This document shows, piece by piece, positions 61,496 to 63,814 of a stretch of DNA of 63,814 bases. The notes below the pieces were generated by a model. The model saw only the letters and a program-made list of their open reading frames with translations, was not told where the DNA came from and did not search any database. The DNA comes from Felis catus (lineage: Eukaryota), in assembly GCF_018350175.1 (NCBI RefSeq), contig NC_058368.1:49290001-49353814 (forward strand), written 5' to 3'. A program made the translations under genes and the position numbers. How positions within the stretch are numbered: the stretch's first letter is position 1; each line of letters opens with the position of its first letter.

Positions 61496-62229
61496 TAGCG
61501 GGCCATAGTCAACCTAGAGGCACCAGTTAGTGACCTTTAACTATGTCATTTCTAAGATCTCTTCCAAGGTTAAAGTCCCTGCAGTCTAGGACTATGTTCA
61601 GTGTGCCCAAGGGATTATATAATGTTTTTTATGTTAATGATAACAAATAACTGTTTACTTTAACTTAAACTAAAACTATGTCAATTGTAGAATTTCATGG
61701 ATATTTTACATTTTTAAAGGAAAACATGAACTTTTATAAGTTGGAATTATATTTCCATTTTTTTTCTCATCACCACCCCAAAACCCAATGTGAATCTAGG
61801 ATTAATAGAAAATGCCATTCACAAGAACTATTTCTATCATTATATATGTAAGTAAATAGGATTCTTAAACACTGAGGATTTGAATAATCTGCACATGTGC
61901 ATTCTTCTTCCCGGGTATTTCACACTAAATCCCCTACCAATAACTAATGTGGAAAAGGGAGGTTAAAATTAATACCTGGTACTTGAACAACTGCCCTTTT
62001 GTCCAGATAGAGGATTAAAATCCTTACCATTGTTTCAAATAACTAAAGTATATTATGATATAAATTGGCTAAAACACCATTAAAATGATAGTTTTTCTAT
62101 GTAAGTAGTCCTATCACAGACAATAAACTGCACTTTTGAAAGCCATGAAATAATTTAAGAGGAAAAACAGCCTTAAATATACAATAAATTTTTATCTTGT
62201 CTCAAATGCCACTAATCAGGTCTCTGGTA

Positions 62230-62840
62230 CTTGAGGTGCCTGACTGATAAATTTAGATGTGGGATTTGGTCAAAGTGGTATTTTTCATTGACAATTAACT
62301 AAATACCAGTAATTGATCATTGAATAGGAGGGAAATATTTGGGAACAAAAATGAGGCTTATCAGTTTGGTTTTGAACTGCTATGTTTGAAGCATCTGTGG
62401 GATTCCCATGTGTCAAAAAATGGACAGAGATGGTCCTAGAACTCGAGGGAGAGATGTCAAATTTTACAGCTTGAGTGCAAATCTAAGTGCTACTTAAAGC
62501 TAAGGGAGCCGATTAAGTCCATGCAAGATGGGCAGATCAAGTAAGAAGAGAGCTAAAGACAAACCTAGGATCTGCGATAGTTATAATGTGGGGAGAGTTA
62601 AGAAGGCCTAGAAAGAAATCAGAATGGAGGAGTCAGACGGCTAAGAGCAACTTCAGGGACAACTGGTGTATGGAATCCACGTTAGCCCAATTTCAAGAAA
62701 AATAAGGTGGCCAGTAAAACCAAATGTCATGAAGGGAAAATATCCCATGACGCGAAGGACTCTTGGTGACCAAGACCAGAGAATTCTTCAGAGGAGTGAA
62801 GAGCCTGAATCCTAATTAGAGTGGTTGGAGAAGGGGTACA
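62230..62840 (-). mobile_element. L2 LINE fragment
   Basis: atcagtttggttttgaactgctatgtttgaagcatctgtgggattccca...tcttggtgacc. Confidence 0.6.
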
Positions 62841-63089
62841 TGAAACTGCAGCCATTTATTGGGAGTTCTTTAGTATTTTTGTGCTGTTATCTTACACATA
62901 TATTTTCCCCCAAAATATAAAACACCTCTTAACATTTTTAGACAATGCCTTATCTTTTTCCTTCTCCGCTCAGATAAGCTGCTCAAAGTTATATACTAGC
63001 TCAGTTCTGCTTCCTCAGCCCTGCTTACTTTTCTATCTATTTGCTCATATACATCTTACGGGAATATGAACGCCAGGGTAGATATACAG

Positions 63090-63814
63090 AAGTGTTCAAA
63101 ACAACATTATTAGAATAATGAAGTTTGCAGAAAATCCAAAACATCCTAACTAGAAGGAGGATTAAATAAATTATCGAGTACTATGGTATATGCAACTATT
63201 AAAAATGAGCACTGTAGACCTGTATATACTAACACAGAAGGAACTTAATATGTTAACAAAATTTAAAGAGCAAATTTTGGAATAGGATCCTATAACATCA
63301 TTTTTAACAGGCATATATATCTACCTATATAGTCATCTATGAAACATATTCATGTTTTAATTAGTTACAGGTGCCACGGAATATAACCCAAATTGCTGGT
63401 TATTTTGTAAACATTAAACTAATACAAGACCTAAGTACTGTTTCCATATCTTATATATACATTTTGTACAACAAAGTGTGCATGGTTTATATAAGTTTGA
63501 GGCTTACTTCCCTAATATATCTAATATCTAACATATCTATCTAATGTACTCTATCAAATTAAAACCCCTTTCTTCCATTCTCAGAATACCAAGTTATCAA
63601 GAGGATATTGTATTTTCATTCACAAATCTTTTCTGGCCACTAATTCCATTCCTCAACATCCTACAGAATATGTACATTAGGATGTATGTGCTAAAAGTAT
63701 TTACTATTCCATGGTTATAACAGTCAAAATTAAGAGAATACCCAAATAGTCACCAGTGGAAAGAGGATTAAATAAACTAAGATACATGGACTCGAAGTAT
63801 GCAGCTGTTAAAAT
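63090..63814 (+). mobile_element. Ancient L1 (L1ME-like) 3' fragments
   Basis: ggattaaataaattat...tatgcaactattaaaaatgag; a second block caaatagtcaccagtggaaagaggattaaataaacta. Confidence 0.55.

Noticed and set aside
1-63814. CRISPR arrays, operons or prokaryotic systems
   Set aside because: The sequence is mammalian; the short tandem duplications have no repeat-spacer architecture.

Overview
AT-rich mammalian genomic DNA, almost certainly from a felid: it carries about 23 tRNA-derived Can-SINEs, including young cat-type copies with perfect target-site duplications (TSDs), and carnivore L1 3' ends. I find no intact protein-coding gene, RNA gene or CpG island. The ORF-track entries are mostly repeat or microsatellite noise. 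Much of the window is layered repeats: MIR, L2, L3/CR1, hAT DNA transposons (MER33, MER53, MER58, MER5, Charlie), MLT1/MLT2 LTRs, an ERV1 env+LTR remnant, L1 fragments, microsatellites and two N gaps. The main unexplained signal is a series of about 25-30 exon-like segments on the + strand (about 3.1-57.6 kb) in unique sequence. Twelve of them (19280-31429) splice in consistent phase into a ~356-codon protein-like frame with 7 stops. This suggests a decayed multi-exon gene (unitary pseudogene) whose family I cannot identify. The model was built by eye and needs a homology search. Repeat subfamily names are from memory of consensus sequences, and boundaries of old repeats are approximate.
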